From Gammaproteobacteria bacterium (GTDB lineage Bacteria; Pseudomonadota; Gammaproteobacteria; GCA-001735895), in contig JANTFI010000004.1 of NCBI GenBank assembly GCA_024763505.1, positions 1 to 56,921 on the forward strand: a DNA stretch of 56,921 nucleotides, read 5' to 3'. The notes under the pieces were generated by a model. That model had not been told where the DNA came from. It searched no databases and saw only the letters and a list, made by a program, of their open reading frames with translations. Positions 55,643 through 56,921 of this stretch are shown here, in pieces; the stretch's first letter is position 1, and each line of letters begins with the position of its first letter. The position numbers and the translations under genes were made by a program.

Positions 55643-56921
55643 ATGAAGGAAAAACAAAACCTACGCACCAACCGGATTGATAGCGGCAAAACCGGTCAGC
55701 ACCGGGTCGGACGACTGGCCGATATTCGCAAGCCAGCCGGTTTACTGTTGTTTTTTGCACTCTCCCTGAGCAGCTTTATCAGTTCCGCACCGATTGTTGC
55801 CGACCACCATGTATGCAATGTCGGCGGCATCAATACCTGCGTCAGCGCGCTGATTGCTCCGATCACCTCTGCCGATCAACCGCCGAATAATGTATTGACG
55901 CTGGATTTCGGATCCACCCCCGCCACGACCCCGATCACGCAAACCCTGACGCTGGGCTTTACCAATAATGCAGGCTTTACCTCGGTACTGTCGGCGATCG
56001 ATGTTGCCGGTACCGATGCGGCGGAGTTCACCCAGGTCGGCGGCACTTGCACCTTAGGCTTGTCGATGCCCAAGGGGTCGACTTGCACCGTCGATATCGA
56101 ATTCACTCCGGCCAGTGTCGGCAGCAAGAGCGCGACGCTGCTGGCCTCGACCGATGACATGACACGTACCACCAATCTCGTTGCCAGCGCCACACTGCCA
56201 CCACCGGAAATTACCAGCGCACTGGTCGATAGTGGCACCATCGGCATCGCTTTCAGCTATCAGATCACCGCTGATTATTCGCCCACTTCCTTTTCCGCCA
56301 GCAACCTGCCACCGGGTCTGGCGCTCGATGCCAATGGCTTGATCAGTGGCATGCCGACCCAGGATGGCAGCTTTGCAGTCAGCATAAGTACCAGCAATGC
56401 CAGCGGTAGTGACAGCGAAACGCTGCTCATTACCATCGCGCCTGACACCCCTGCCATCAACAGCGCCAGCTCGGCCAGCGGCAGCACAGGCCAGGCGTTC
56501 AATTATCAAATTTCCGCAAGCAATAACCCGACCACATTCGGCGCTGAAAATCTGCCGGACGGTCTGACGATCGACACCAGCAGCGGACTGATTTCCGGCA
56601 TTCCGACCACGGCGGGTAGTTACAGCACGACCTCGATTTCGGCCAGTAATCAGAGTGGCACTGCCAGCCAGATGCTGGTCATTGAAATCACTCCGGTGTT
56701 GCCAGACGCCGCTGATCGCAGCCTCAGCGTGGCCGTCAACGGCGAAACCACGATTGACCTGAGCGGCTCGGTGTCCGGGCCGTTTGTCAGTAGCATCCAG
56801 GTCGACATCCCGCCCGAGCATGGTCGGGTTAGCATCGATGGCTTGTTACTCACCTATATTCCGGATCAGGATTATTTCGGCAGCGATTATTTTCTCTGGG
56901 TCGCGATCAATAACGATGGCA
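55643..56921 (+). CDS. Secreted/surface Ig-repeat protein (choice-of-anchor-D-like, 2x He_PIG, cadherin-like Big_9); 3' partial and absent from the ORF track
   Basis: Manual translation from ATG 55643 (RBS AGGG) is open to the window end: MKEKQNL...LLLFFALSLSSFISSA signal; GTDAAEF..GGTC...STCTVDIEFTP; SYQITA...NLPPGLALDANGLISGMPT; NLPDGLTIDTSSGLISGIPT; PEHGRVSIDG..LTYIPDQDYFGSD.F. Confidence 0.9.
   Translation, partial: MKEKQNLRTNRIDSGKTGQHRVGRLADIRKPAGLLLFFALSLSSFISSAPIVADHHVCNVGGINTCVSALIAPITSADQPPNNVLTLDFGSTPATTPITQTLTLGFTNNAGFTSVLSAIDVAGTDAAEFTQVGGTCTLGLSMPKGSTCTVDIEFTPASVGSKSATLLASTDDMTRTTNLVASATLPPPEITSALVDSGTIGIAFSYQITADYSPTSFSASNLPPGLALDANGLISGMPTQDGSFAVSISTSNASGSDSETLLITIAPDTPAINSASSASGSTGQAFNYQISASNNPTTFGAENLPDGLTIDTSSGLISGIPTTAGSYSTTSISASNQSGTASQMLVIEITPVLPDAADRSLSVAVNGETTIDLSGSVSGPFVSSIQVDIPPEHGRVSIDGLLLTYIPDQDYFGSDYFLWVAINNDG

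Noticed and set aside
1-56921. tRNA, rRNA, integrase, transposase or prophage genes
   Set aside because: None recognised by eye in ORFs or intergenic gaps; tRNAscan-SE, Infernal and ISEScan would be needed to exclude short elements.

Overview
A 56.9-kb bacterial chromosomal segment. Gene content (divergent metG-mrp, TRAP, Cpx-like system, SoxH-like protein, DUF4395, SulP) suggests a gammaproteobacterium, possibly marine and sulfur-oxidising; this is inference. About 42 protein-coding genes are supportable. No rRNA, tRNA, CRISPR array, integrase or IS was recognised. Order: CZB chemoreceptor (5' partial), mrp, metG, small hypothetical, sulfotransferase-like protein, coupled ThDP enzyme + GT-A-fold protein, TerB-domain membrane protein, Spy/CpxP-CpxR-CpxA-like module, two APC permeases flanking an FtsH paralogue and a SpoIIAA-USP fusion, orphan radical SAM protein + DUF4395, cytochrome b-SHP-DHC-PepSY-two-component operon, VRR-NUC + nuclease-helicase, SulP, DUF1801, phosphorylase-kinase-like GH15 divergent from glucokinase, RpiR-TRAP-diaminopropionate ammonia-lyase-two carbamoylases, sigma54-driven GAF-GAF protein, LysR-methyltransferase-nitrilase-GFA, degenerate MBL, HtrA, Tat-FecR-like protein, HupE/UreJ + PPIase, and a 3'-truncated Ig-repeat surface protein absent from the ORF track. 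Best candidates for undescribed systems: (1) the TRAP/carbamoylase/DAP-lyase cluster, possibly degrading ureido-diaminopropionates; (2) the ThDP enzyme/glycosyltransferase-fold pair; (3) the orphan radical SAM protein. All family calls are from motif recognition by eye; no database search was run.
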